Shown in pieces: positions 1 through 10,265 of a stretch of 64,000 nt of DNA (within the stretch, counting starts at the first letter, position 1; each line of letters starts with the position of its first letter). The notes under the pieces were generated by a model. It was not told the DNA's origin and did no database searches. It saw nothing but the letters and a program-made list of their open reading frames with translations. Origin of the DNA: an uncultured Alphaproteobacteria bacterium (GTDB lineage: Bacteria > Pseudomonadota > Alphaproteobacteria > Rhizobiales > Beijerinckiaceae). Where the stretch lies: the NCBI GenBank assembly GCA_963794655.1, contig CAWCEV010000007.1:15708-79707 (forward strand), written 5' to 3'. The translations under genes and the position numbers were made by a program.

Positions 1-23
1 ACGGCGAAGCCGCGGCGCCGGCC

Positions 24-1396
24 TTACGCGGTGAAGGCCGGCGCCGGGAAGGGGATGAGCTTCGCCAGCTTCCTCAGATTTTGGGCTGTAGCCGCCAATA
101 GGAACTCGTCTTTGGCTCCACTCGGCCCACGCAGGCGCAATCGACCGAGCCTGAGGATGCGCTTCAGATGAGCGAAGAGCATCTCGACCTTCTTTCGTTC
201 GCGGCATGAGACGGCGTAGGCCTCGGTCTTTGCGATCGCACGGGCCTTGTCGCGAGCGGCTTCATGAACGGAGCGCGCGATTTTGCGCGCAGGAACGTTC
301 GGACAGCACTTGGGCTTGAGCGCGCAGGCCTGGCAGTCCTGCTTGCGCGCAAAGTAGATCATCGTGCCGTCATTGGTCAGCCCGTCGCGGGGCTTGGCGA
401 AAGCGCGGTGGTATTTCTTGAGCTCTTTGCCGCCGGGGCAGACATAAAGGTTGCTTTCTGGATCGAATGCGAAGTCGCTGCGGGAGAAGGTTCCGTCCGT
501 GCGCTCGGTCTTGTCGACCAGGTTCACGTGCGGTTCGATCCCGCGCTCGTCCACCAGCCACCCAATCATCTCGGCCGAGCCATAACCCGCATCGGCGACC
601 AGGCGCGACGGAGCGACTTCGAACTGTTCGGCCGTGCGGTCGAGCATCGTCTTGGCCGCGCCGACTTCGGCCTGGCGAACGGTCGTCGTCGCCTCGACGT
701 CCATGATCACTGCATGCTTCAGATCGATGAGGTAGTTGTCAGAGTAGGCATAACCGGCGACAGAGTTGGCCGAAGCGGTGTAGCGGGCGGCCGGATCGGT
801 TGGGGAGATCACCTTCGGCTCGACGGGCGTCGCCCCGCTAAAGGCCGCATCATCAAGGACCGACAGATATTCTGCGACTGCGCGGCTCGAAGTCGGAACT
901 AAATCTTCGACCTTGGCGACACCTCGCCGTCGATGCGCGTCCGCCACGATAATGCTGGCGTCGACCGCAAAGGCTTCGCCGCCCACGATGCCTTCCTTCA
1001 TGCAGCGCGCGATTACGGTCTCGAACAGCTTGCGAAAGAGGTCGCTCTCGCGAAAACGGCCGTGGCGGTTCTTAGAAAACGTCGAGTGATCGGGGACGTC
1101 GCCGTCGAGCCCCAGGCGACAAAACCAGCGATAAGCCAGATTGAGGTGGACCTCGTCACACAGCCGCCGCTCCGAGCGAATGCCAAAGGAGTAGCCCACG
1201 ATCAGCATGCGGATCATCAACTCGGGATCGATCGAGGGCCGTCCCACAGCGCTGTAATAGGGCCCCAGATGCGCCTCAGATCCGACAGGTCGACGAAGCG
1301 GTCGATCTTGCGAAGCATGTGACTATCGGGGACGTGCCGCTCGAGGCTGAAGCCGTAAAAGAGCGCCTCCTGCGTCACCCGCCGCTCGCCCATCAT
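24..1396 (-). pseudogene. IS5/IS1182-family DDE transposase, frameshifted
   Basis: Track ORF 24..1247 (GRPSIDPELMIRMLIVGYSFGIRSERRLCDEVHLNLAYRWFC ... FLLAATAQNLRKLAKL) is the transposase body. The N-terminus (MMGERRVTQEALFYGFSLERHVPDSHMLRKIDRFVDLSDLRR) reads from ATG 1396 in another frame. The frames meet near 1271, where one nt is missing (1373 nt = 3n+2). The element end may lie left of the window. Confidence 0.8.
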
Positions 1397-1470
1397 CGGC
1401 CGAATCTCCCGCTCCCAACAGAAGAATCAGCGACCGGCGCCCGGATCAAGCGGAGTTTTTCAACAAAATA

Positions 1471-1488
1471 GACGTGAAGCAGACATTT
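1471..1488 (+). repeat. dispersed repeat, box 2 copy (GACGTGAAGCAGACATTT)
   Basis: 17/18 identical to 7890..7906 and similar to 10188..10205; lies between the IS and groES. Confidence 0.4.
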
Positions 1489-1561
1489 GAATCCGTGGTT
1501 CCACTGCGGAAGTAGCGACAGATCACCACGATTTCCATTCCGTTCTCTACGCCAATATCTC

Positions 1562-1588
1562 TTGGCACTCTCTTGTTGAGAGTGCCAG
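1562..1588 (+). promoter_or_regulatory. CIRCE operator (HrcA binding site) upstream of groES
   Basis: TTGGCACTC-N9-GAGTGCCAG, compared with the CIRCE consensus TTAGCACTC-N9-GAGTGCTAA; lies 99 nt upstream of the groES ATG. Confidence 0.8.
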
Positions 1589-1686
1589 CAATAACCATAT
1601 GAGGTTTAGGTCCGAGCCGAACAATCAAGTCTATGAGGCGATTTCGTCTCTGGTTGTCTTTGCGCGCCGGCTGGAAACGAGTCCCA

Positions 1687-3682
<1,996 letters not shown>

Positions 3683-3877
3683 CCGCCCGCTAGAAGCCGA
3701 GGACTGGTCTCAGCGACGGCTCAACCGCCAAATGTGTCGCCCAATACTCAGAAAGGGGCGGCATCTTCCCACCTTGATCGCTGACGCGACTCCTGCAAGG
3801 CGCCGCGGTCGGGGTGCGCACGCTGAAGAGCCCTTTTTGTCGCGTCTTGAGAGACCTGTCTAAGGAGCTGGCGATCA

Positions 3878-4711
3878 ATGTTGATCCGTTACGGTTATGA
3901 AATCACGGTCACCTGCGCGCAGCCGACCCCAATGGTTTGCCTGCTCTCCGTGAGCGAAGATCGGAAGGCGGACGTACGCGTCGCCGAAAAGGTCTTCACG
4001 ACGCCCGTCATTGCGACGACCACCTACATCGATACCTTTGGCAATCGCTGTCTCAGGTTGGTGGCGCCCCCCGGCGATCTCACAATCTGGGGCGACGCCA
4101 CAATCGAAGACGACGGGAAGATCGACCCGGCGAACTTCGCCGCGGTCGAAGTCCCCGTCGCGGAGCTCCCCGATACCTGCCTGCTCTATCTGATGGGGAG
4201 CCGATATTGCGAAACAGACAAGCTGAGCCAAGCGGCCTGGGATCTATTCGGGAAAGTTCCACCCGGATGGGGACGGGTCCAGGCCGTGTGCGATTTCGTC
4301 CATGCGCACATCAAGTTTGACTATATGCAGGCGCGCGCGACCCGAACGGCGTTCGAAGCCTTCGAGGAGCGCATCGGCGTCTGCCGCGATTTCGCCCATC
4401 TCGCGGTGACGCTCTGCCGATGCCTCAACATTCCGGCTCGTTACGTCAACGGCCATCTTGGCGACATTGGCGTACCGGTGGTCGACCCGATGGATTTCAG
4501 CGCGTGGATCGAGGTGTATCTTGGGGGGTCGTGGTGGACGTTCGATCCTCGCAACAACATGCCGCGGATAGGTCGGATCGTCGTCGCGCGAGGCCGCGAC
4601 GCCGCGGATATCCCGCTCATCAACTCGTTCGGTCCTCACATCCTCAAGTCCTTCCGGGTCTGGACATACGAGGTCTTCGATGCGCCGACGAGCGCGCTCA
4701 CCCTCGTCTAG
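3878..4711 (+). CDS. transglutaminase-like cysteine peptidase family protein
   Basis: 277 aa with N-terminal MLIRYGYEITV and a GVCRDFAHL ... core (Cys/His/Asp transglutaminase fold motif); paralogue of 46903..47718. Confidence 0.85.
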   Translation: MLIRYGYEITVTCAQPTPMVCLLSVSEDRKADVRVAEKVFTTPVIATTTYIDTFGNRCLRLVAPPGDLTIWGDATIEDDGKIDPANFAAVEVPVAELPDTCLLYLMGSRYCETDKLSQAAWDLFGKVPPGWGRVQAVCDFVHAHIKFDYMQARATRTAFEAFEERIGVCRDFAHLAVTLCRCLNIPARYVNGHLGDIGVPVVDPMDFSAWIEVYLGGSWWTFDPRNNMPRIGRIVVARGRDAADIPLINSFGPHILKSFRVWTYEVFDAPTSALTLV

Positions 4712-4783
4712 CCTTTCCGCGGCGGAGCGGCCACCGCCGCCGACTGGTTGTATTGGTTCCGAGAATACAGGGTTGTTGCCAAA

Positions 4784-4827
4784 GGACGGATCATGAAAAC
4801 GGGAAGGACGGATCATGAAAACGGGAA
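4784..4827 (+). repeat. perfect 22-bp tandem duplication (GGACGGATCATGAAAACGGGAA x2) covering the csp start codon
   Basis: Units 4784..4805 and 4806..4827 are identical. Each carries an ATG (4793 and 4815), and 22 nt puts the first ATG out of frame. Confidence 0.95.
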
Positions 4828-5174
4828 CCGTCAAATGGTTCAGCCTCACGAAGGGCTATGGATTCATTCGCCCAGACGACGGCGGCCCGAACATTTTCGT
4901 TGGTATCTTCGCCGTCGAATGCGACGGCATGATCCGACTGAAGGAGGGCCAAAGGCTCACGTTCGAGATTCGATCGAACAAGCGCGCGGGAATTGCGTCC
5001 GCCGTGTCTTTGGCCCCGCTCGTGTACGAATCCTTTCGAGAGGACTGGCGATCCCCGAAACTTCTCCCGACCGCGACGACACCGCCGCTCGACGGCCGTT
5101 TCTCGACAACAAACGCGTTCGACATCATTTCCGACATTGTTTCGTCGGCGCTGCAAAATCGAACGCAGCGCTGA
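4815..5174 (+). CDS. cold-shock-domain (CspA-like) protein, divergent, with C-terminal extension
   Basis: MKTGTVKWFSLTKGYGFIRPDDGGPNIFVG matches the CSD RNP1 region. The RNP2 His is lost (IFVGIFAV), and at 119 aa it is longer than the usual ~70 aa. Confidence 0.7.
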   Translation: MKTGTVKWFSLTKGYGFIRPDDGGPNIFVGIFAVECDGMIRLKEGQRLTFEIRSNKRAGIASAVSLAPLVYESFREDWRSPKLLPTATTPPLDGRFSTTNAFDIISDIVSSALQNRTQR

Positions 5175-5286
5175 TGCGCTTACAAACGGGAAGTTCAGTT
5201 CGGGTCGAATCGGCGTTCGCCATGCAGGTCCAAGAACAACCCGTATTGGCGCATCGCCGTCAGTGGGGTTTTCGGTCGACGGGCGG

Positions 5287-5703
5287 CTACGACCTGACGG
5301 AGCGCGCAGGATGGACCCGGCCAAATCCGATCTTTTTCGCGAGCGCCGACCTCTGGGCGGCGTAGTTGGACGCGACCATCGGATAGTCGGCGGGCAGATT
5401 CCATTTCTTGCGATATTGATCCGGCGATAGACCCAGCCCGGCCAAGTGACGCCGCATCGACTTGAATCGTTTGCCGTCCTCGAGACAGATCAAGAACTCC
5501 GGCGTGATCGATCTTCGAATTGGAACTGAAGGCGCCTTCGGTTCGATTTGGGGCGGCGCGCTATTCTGCTCCGCTGCGAGCCGCGCCAAAGTTGCGTGTA
5601 CCGCTTAAATCAGCGCGGGCAGCTCGCTCTTTGGCAGAGGGTTACTGGAAACGAAGGACGCCACCACTTCTGTGGCCAATTCGGTCGGACTTGATGTGCC
5701 CAT
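5287..5703 (-). pseudogene. mucR: MucR/Ros-family zinc-finger regulator with in-frame TAA
   Basis: N-terminus MGTSSPTELATEVVASFVSSNPLPKSELPALI (tail of track ORF 5605..5970). An in-frame TAA at 5605..5607 follows, then AVHATLARLAAEQ...ICLEDGKRFKSMRRHL...YRKKWNLPADYPMVASNYA (track ORF 5287..5589). Total 417 nt = 139 codons, all in one frame. Confidence 0.8.
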
Positions 5704-5815
5704 GCTTGGAATCTCCTGGACGACGTGCTGCGTTTGCAGCCTGCGCCCGGTTTGTCGCTTCGCCGACTCCGGTTTCAAATAACCAGGGGGCGAGCACGCT
5801 GAACTCGCTGGCTCT

Positions 5816-6013
5816 CTATCCTTTTGCGGCTGGCCAAACGGCGTTGAGCTTTTGAACGAACTTGTCAGCATCGATCTGGGCTTCACGCTTTGTCGCAAAG
5901 GAATAAAAGGATTTGTCTCGAACCTTCTCGTTATCGTAAATATTCCAGCGGAAGCGATTGGGATTCCCAATATCTTTTACGACGAAGGTCGTAAATCCGG
6001 CATTGTATGTCAT
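5816..6013 (-). CDS. hypothetical small protein
   Basis: 65-aa ORF in a locally lower-GC patch with a protein-like composition (MTYNAGFTTFVVKDIGNPNRFRWNIYDNEKVRDK...); no family recognised. Confidence 0.45.
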   Translation of the reverse strand: MTYNAGFTTFVVKDIGNPNRFRWNIYDNEKVRDKSFYSFATKREAQIDADKFVQKLNAVWPAAKG

Positions 6014-6173
6014 GATCTATCATGCGCCAACGCCGCCCGTTTCACAAGGAAAATATCACAAAACTGGCTCACCAATCAATTCCACTCACTAAAGACAACA
6101 AAAGCACTTGCTGTGAACACTATTGAGGCGGCTGGTGACGAACCGGAATTTCACCGGACAACCGGAGACCCAC

Positions 6174-6368
6174 ATGCCCAATCAGGCACACACAAAAGCG
6201 GCCGAACACCACGAGAGCGCAGCTAAATCGCATCGCGCGGCCGCAGAGTTTCACAGCAAGAATGACCACTTGAAGGGCAGCGAGCACGCGGCAGAGGCCC
6301 AGAAGCACTCCAAAGTCGCCAGCGGGGCCTCCGATGCGGCTCACGCGAAAAGCTCATCGCAGAAGTAG
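6174..6368 (+). CDS. small His/Ala/Lys-rich protein (hypothetical)
   Basis: MPNQAHTKAAEHHESAAKSHRAAAEFHSKNDHLKGSEHAAEAQKHSK...; internal ATG 6174 of the track ORF; followed by a hairpin terminator. Confidence 0.55.
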   Translation: MPNQAHTKAAEHHESAAKSHRAAAEFHSKNDHLKGSEHAAEAQKHSKVASGASDAAHAKSSSQK

Positions 6369-6376
6369 CTATGCAG

Positions 6377-6400
6377 GGCCGGGGTAACACCCGGCCTTCT
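6377..6400 (+). terminator. putative rho-independent terminator
   Basis: GGCCGGG-GTAACA-CCCGGCC hairpin followed by TTCT, 9 nt after the stop at 6368. Confidence 0.5.
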
Positions 6401-6455
6401 ACCCTCTCCGTTCCTTGTTTCGTTCTTCCGCTCGGCCAAATTCGTTAGCGAAAGG

Positions 6456-6692
6456 TTGCCTCATGATGGTTCGGCGCTGATGTTGGTTTCGATCAAATTC
6501 ATGGACCTGCGGCCCAGCATGTGCCGCTGGCCGATCGGCGATCCTCGACATTTCGAAGCGTTCCGCTTCTGCGGTTCCCCGTGTCCGTTTAAGGCCTCGT
6601 ATTGCAAGAAGCACGACGCGATTGCGCATCCCTCAAATCGCCCGAGGACGCCACATAAGACGAATTTCCACATGCGAGCCTGGGTCGCGTGA
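6456..6692 (+). CDS. short GcrA-C-terminal-like protein
   Basis: Contains MCRWPIGDPRHFEAFRFCGSPCPFKASYCKKHDAIAHP, matching the GcrA C-terminal motif C(K/R)WPIGDP...FCG...YC..H. No N-terminal GcrA DNA-binding part is present. The start could instead be ATG 6501. Confidence 0.55.
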   Translation: MPHDGSALMLVSIKFMDLRPSMCRWPIGDPRHFEAFRFCGSPCPFKASYCKKHDAIAHPSNRPRTPHKTNFHMRAWVA

Positions 6693-7127
6693 CGATGCCT
6701 CCGCGCGAAGCACGATCCTTCGCAATTTCGCCTGCCCGGCGCCTGACTGTCCGCCATGCGCTTCTGGATTGATTTTCCCCGCCTCGGCACATTCCGGCCA
6801 GGCTTATTGTTCGGATCGGGAGATGTCGGCCGCAGACGCCGCCCACCGCACCCAGTTATCGTGACCGAGCAGCATGCGGACCCCGTCGAGCTCGTTTTCC
6901 AAGCCTTTCTTCGGCTTGATCCAGAACAGCGTGCGCGCCTGGTTCAGCGGCTCAAATGGCCCTCAGGCGGGCCGATCAAGACGGCCAGCCTCAAACGCCC
7001 TCGTTAGTCCGCGCAGGGCGCTTGGGCACCGTTCCGCGGCGCGGACAACGGGGGCTGATCTCGGCGACACGATCGTTGGCAGCATTATCCCATGCCGCGC
7101 GAATCGGGGAGCATGGAGCGCGAAAAT

Positions 7128-7364
7128 ATGTCAGATAGGCGAGAGCTCTACCGCAGCCCAAACGGCGATACCTGGTTCCTCGGGCGCGAGCCGGCGAACG
7201 GGCACGCATTCATTGTCCATCAACCCAACGCGCCTTCCGGAGGCCGTTTGGCGCACATTGAACTCGGAGCCTTCCTAAGGGACGCGGCGGGGCCTGAGCA
7301 ACAAGCTCTGTTGCGGTTGATCGGAACACTGGTGGAGGTTCCCCCCTACGCCGAGCGGTCCTGA
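7128..7364 (+). CDS. conserved hypothetical protein
   Basis: MSDRRELYRSPNGDTWFLGREPANGHAFIVHQPNAPSGGRLAHIELGAFL...; GGAG lies 10 nt upstream of ATG 7128. Confidence 0.55.
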   Translation: MSDRRELYRSPNGDTWFLGREPANGHAFIVHQPNAPSGGRLAHIELGAFLRDAAGPEQQALLRLIGTLVEVPPYAERS

Positions 7365-7841
7365 AAACGGCCGGCAAAGACAGCTGCCAGCTCAGGCGTA
7401 CTTGCCGCCTCCGTATGTTTTGAGCCATTCGGCCGCCTCATGCTCCACCCAGGCGACAGCCTCGGCCCTCCTCGTGAATGCTGCACGGCCGTGTGGCGGC
7501 GTGACGCGCACATGCCAACCCCTTTCCGCTTTTCGATTCTTTCAGCGTGGAAGGCATCGAGGAACTATGGGGCGCACCGCACCAGAATGCCAGAATGAAA
7601 TTTCTTTCCCTGAGTCAAAGCACCGGAGAACACGCATGGAGCCAATGGACCTATTGGCGGACACGCGACGATGTCTGGACGCTGCGATCGGGCAGCCAGC
7701 AGCGATTGAAGTCGGCGCTCCGATCGCCAACCCTCTGAAGATAGGGGACGCAATCGCCCCTCACGGGTTGTAGCAAGCGCGCGCAAGCTATTGATGGCAG
7801 CAGCGAACGGTTGATTTGACCCCGTTCGCCAAGCCGTCGCG

Positions 7842-7935
7842 GAATGACCGCTATTTGCGCATTTGAGACAATGGGCGACGTCTCGAATCGACGTGAAGCA
7901 GACATTGCGGATCGCGGCCGTGGACGTTGCAACTG
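7842..7935 (+). repeat. dispersed two-box repeat, most complete copy
   Basis: Box 1 GAATGACCGCTATTTGCGCA at 7842..7861 and box 2 CGACGTGAAGCAGACATT at 7889..7906. A tail (GCGGATCGCGGCCGTGGACG...AGGGC) follows that also aligns with 13506..13560. Confidence 0.6.
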
Positions 7936-8072
7936 AGGGCGGGCCATCATTCGAATCTGCATGCTCCCGCGCCGGGGAGGCCCGCGCTCTGTCAGCGGCA
8001 GGCTCGCCTCGTTTCAAAGCGCGAAGTTCTGCGGCCCCAGTCGCCAGGTAGCGGCCAAACGGCAGGCCTTGC

Positions 8073-10043
8073 TCATCCCTCAGGCACGCCGGCCTTGTTC
8101 ATGCGCTCAATAAGACGCTCGAGCCTCGCACGGTAAACCGGATTGTCGCCTTGCGCTTCCGCACCGGTGCGAAAGCGACGGATCGTAAAGCCCGGGTCGA
8201 GCGCGAGGCCGGCCATGACTTCGGACCGCGCTTCCTCCTCATCCCCGCGATTCGCCAGCATCGCCGCGAGGAAGAAATGCTCTAGTGGGAAGGTCCGGTT
8301 GTCCTCGATAGAGCGACGAAACAATGCGATGGCCTCCTCGTCGGCGCCAAGATTCATCTTGCCGGCGCCTGCGCCATGCAGCCAGAGCCAGGCGCGGCCA
8401 TCGTGAGGAGAGAGGCGAAGCGCCTCGTTTTCGTGCGCTTCGATCTCTTCGTCGCGCCCGGTGAATAATTTGGCGAAACCCATGTCCCCGTGAGCGGCAG
8501 CCAGGTTCGGATCCAGCGCTAAAGCCCGCTCGAGTTCCGCTAGGCCCCGGTCCGGGTGCCTGGTTTGAATCAGAATGCCGCCCATAACATTATGAGCCAG
8601 CGCATCGTTCGGCCTGAGAGATAGCACTTTGCCTATCGTCGCTTCGGCCGACGCGAGTCGTGCCGCTCGATCGTCCGACAAGAAATCTGCGGCCACTAAA
8701 AAATCGGCGCGTCCGACCCCGAGCAAAGCGTCGGCGTTGCCGGGATCGAGCGCCAGGGCGCGCTCAAATAACCCGCGCGCACGGTCCATGTTCTCGAGGT
8801 TATCTCCCCTGTTGAACCATTCCATACCCTGAAAATAAAGGTCCATGGAGTCGGGATTCGCAGCCTGTTGCCCGCGCCGCGCTTCCGCAGCAATTAGCTC
8901 GGCCCCCAATTGATTTGCGAGGCGGGCGACGATCTCGTCCTGCATTCCGAAGAGATCAGCCAGAGGCTTGTCGAAGCGGTCGGCCCAAAGGTGATTCCCG
9001 GTCTCCGCATCAATGAGCTGCACGTTCACTCGCACGCGGCCTGCGTCCCGCTGGACAGACCCTTCGAGCACGTAGCGGACGCCAAGCTCCTTGCCGATTT
9101 CCCGGGCGTCGACATTCTTGCCTTTGAAAGCAAAGGCGGTGTTGCGCGCGATCACGAAGGCGCCGCTGAGGCGCGAGAGGTCGGTGGTGAGACTCTCTGT
9201 GATTCCGTCAGCGAAATAATCCTGGGCAGGATCGTTTGAGAGGTTGGCGAACGGCAGCACGACGAGGGAGAGATGCCTGGCTTCAGCCGCCGCCGTCGCG
9301 TTCGAAGCGACCGGCGCCGGCGACTCCGTTGCGATGGCCGCAGGCCGGTTCGCTTGGAGGACCCACCATGCCCCGCCCGCGAGGACGATTAGCAAGGCTG
9401 CGACGCCAGCGGCGAGCGGCGTGAGCGAGGAGCGCTTTTTTGGCGCGACGGGCGCTGGGGGGATAGCGGGCTTAGCTTGGGCGGGGACGCCGACCTGAAG
9501 CGAATAAACCCGGATCGAATCGGCGATGTTCTTGAGCTGAGTTTGACCGAGGTCGGTGACCGCCAGATCAAGCCGTCCCTTGACCTGCCGATAGGCGTCC
9601 TCCGAAAGACAGATCGCGCCAGGCACGGCAATGCCTTCAAGCCGGGCGGCGATGTTGACGCCGTCGCCCATCAAATCGCCGTCGCTTTCCTCGACCACGT
9701 CGCCCAGATGAATTCCGACCCGGAACTCGATGCGTCGCTCGGGCGGCAGACCGGCGTTGCGCTCGGCCGTCCCGTTCTGCACTTCGATCGCGCAGCGCAC
9801 GGCGTCGACCACGCTGCGAAACTCGATGAGGATGCCGTCCCCGGTTCGCTTGACGATGCGTCCATGATGCGCATCGATGGCGGGATCGATCAGATCGCTG
9901 CGCAGCCCCCGCAGCCGCGACAGTGTGCGATCCTCATCCGTTCCTGCGAGCCGGCTGTAGCCGACAATATCCGCGACCAGAATCGCCGCGATCTTGCGAG
10001 TCCCAACCATAGTGGAGTCCTCAGCCGTCGCGCAGACTAACAT
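8073..10043 (-). CDS. class III adenylate/guanylate cyclase with TM segment and C-terminal TPR repeats
   Basis: RKIAAILVADIVGYSRL...TGDGILIEF...GIHLGDVVEE...GDGVNIAARLEG (cyclase homology domain), then a TM helix and TPR-like repeats. Start taken at MLVCATAED (10043) by analogy with the paralogue's MLVFQAER; ATG 10010 is an alternative. Confidence 0.9.
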   Translation of the reverse strand: MLVCATAEDSTMVGTRKIAAILVADIVGYSRLAGTDEDRTLSRLRGLRSDLIDPAIDAHHGRIVKRTGDGILIEFRSVVDAVRCAIEVQNGTAERNAGLPPERRIEFRVGIHLGDVVEESDGDLMGDGVNIAARLEGIAVPGAICLSEDAYRQVKGRLDLAVTDLGQTQLKNIADSIRVYSLQVGVPAQAKPAIPPAPVAPKKRSSLTPLAAGVAALLIVLAGGAWWVLQANRPAAIATESPAPVASNATAAAEARHLSLVVLPFANLSNDPAQDYFADGITESLTTDLSRLSGAFVIARNTAFAFKGKNVDAREIGKELGVRYVLEGSVQRDAGRVRVNVQLIDAETGNHLWADRFDKPLADLFGMQDEIVARLANQLGAELIAAEARRGQQAANPDSMDLYFQGMEWFNRGDNLENMDRARGLFERALALDPGNADALLGVGRADFLVAADFLSDDRAARLASAEATIGKVLSLRPNDALAHNVMGGILIQTRHPDRGLAELERALALDPNLAAAHGDMGFAKLFTGRDEEIEAHENEALRLSPHDGRAWLWLHGAGAGKMNLGADEEAIALFRRSIEDNRTFPLEHFFLAAMLANRGDEEEARSEVMAGLALDPGFTIRRFRTGAEAQGDNPVYRARLERLIERMNKAGVPEG

Positions 10044-10150
10044 AAAACCCGGCTTGTCGTCGGATTTACCGATCGATAACGATGGACTCTCGAGGACGTA
10101 GCCCAGCAAAGTGCTCCTTAGTCCAACGACCACTTCGCGGCGCCGGACTC

Positions 10151-10205
10151 GAATGCCCGCTATTTGCGCCAAGGCGACGGCTGGAGTCGACGTTAAGCAG
10201 CCATT
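10151..10205 (+). repeat. dispersed two-box repeat copy
   Basis: GAATGCCCGCTATTTGCGCC at 10151..10170 and CGACGTTAAGCAGCCATT at 10188..10205, between the two cyclase genes. Confidence 0.6.
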
Positions 10206-10265
10206 TAGGGTTGTGACGGCCGGGCCCCGAGCTGCCCCGACGAACGCCTCTCACGCTACTCAAGC

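Noticed and set aside
6014-6173. EcfG-type general-stress promoter (GGAAC-N16-17-CGTT) upstream of the His-rich small protein
   Set aside because: The AT-richer divergent region invites this idea, but I could not find the two boxes at the required spacing.
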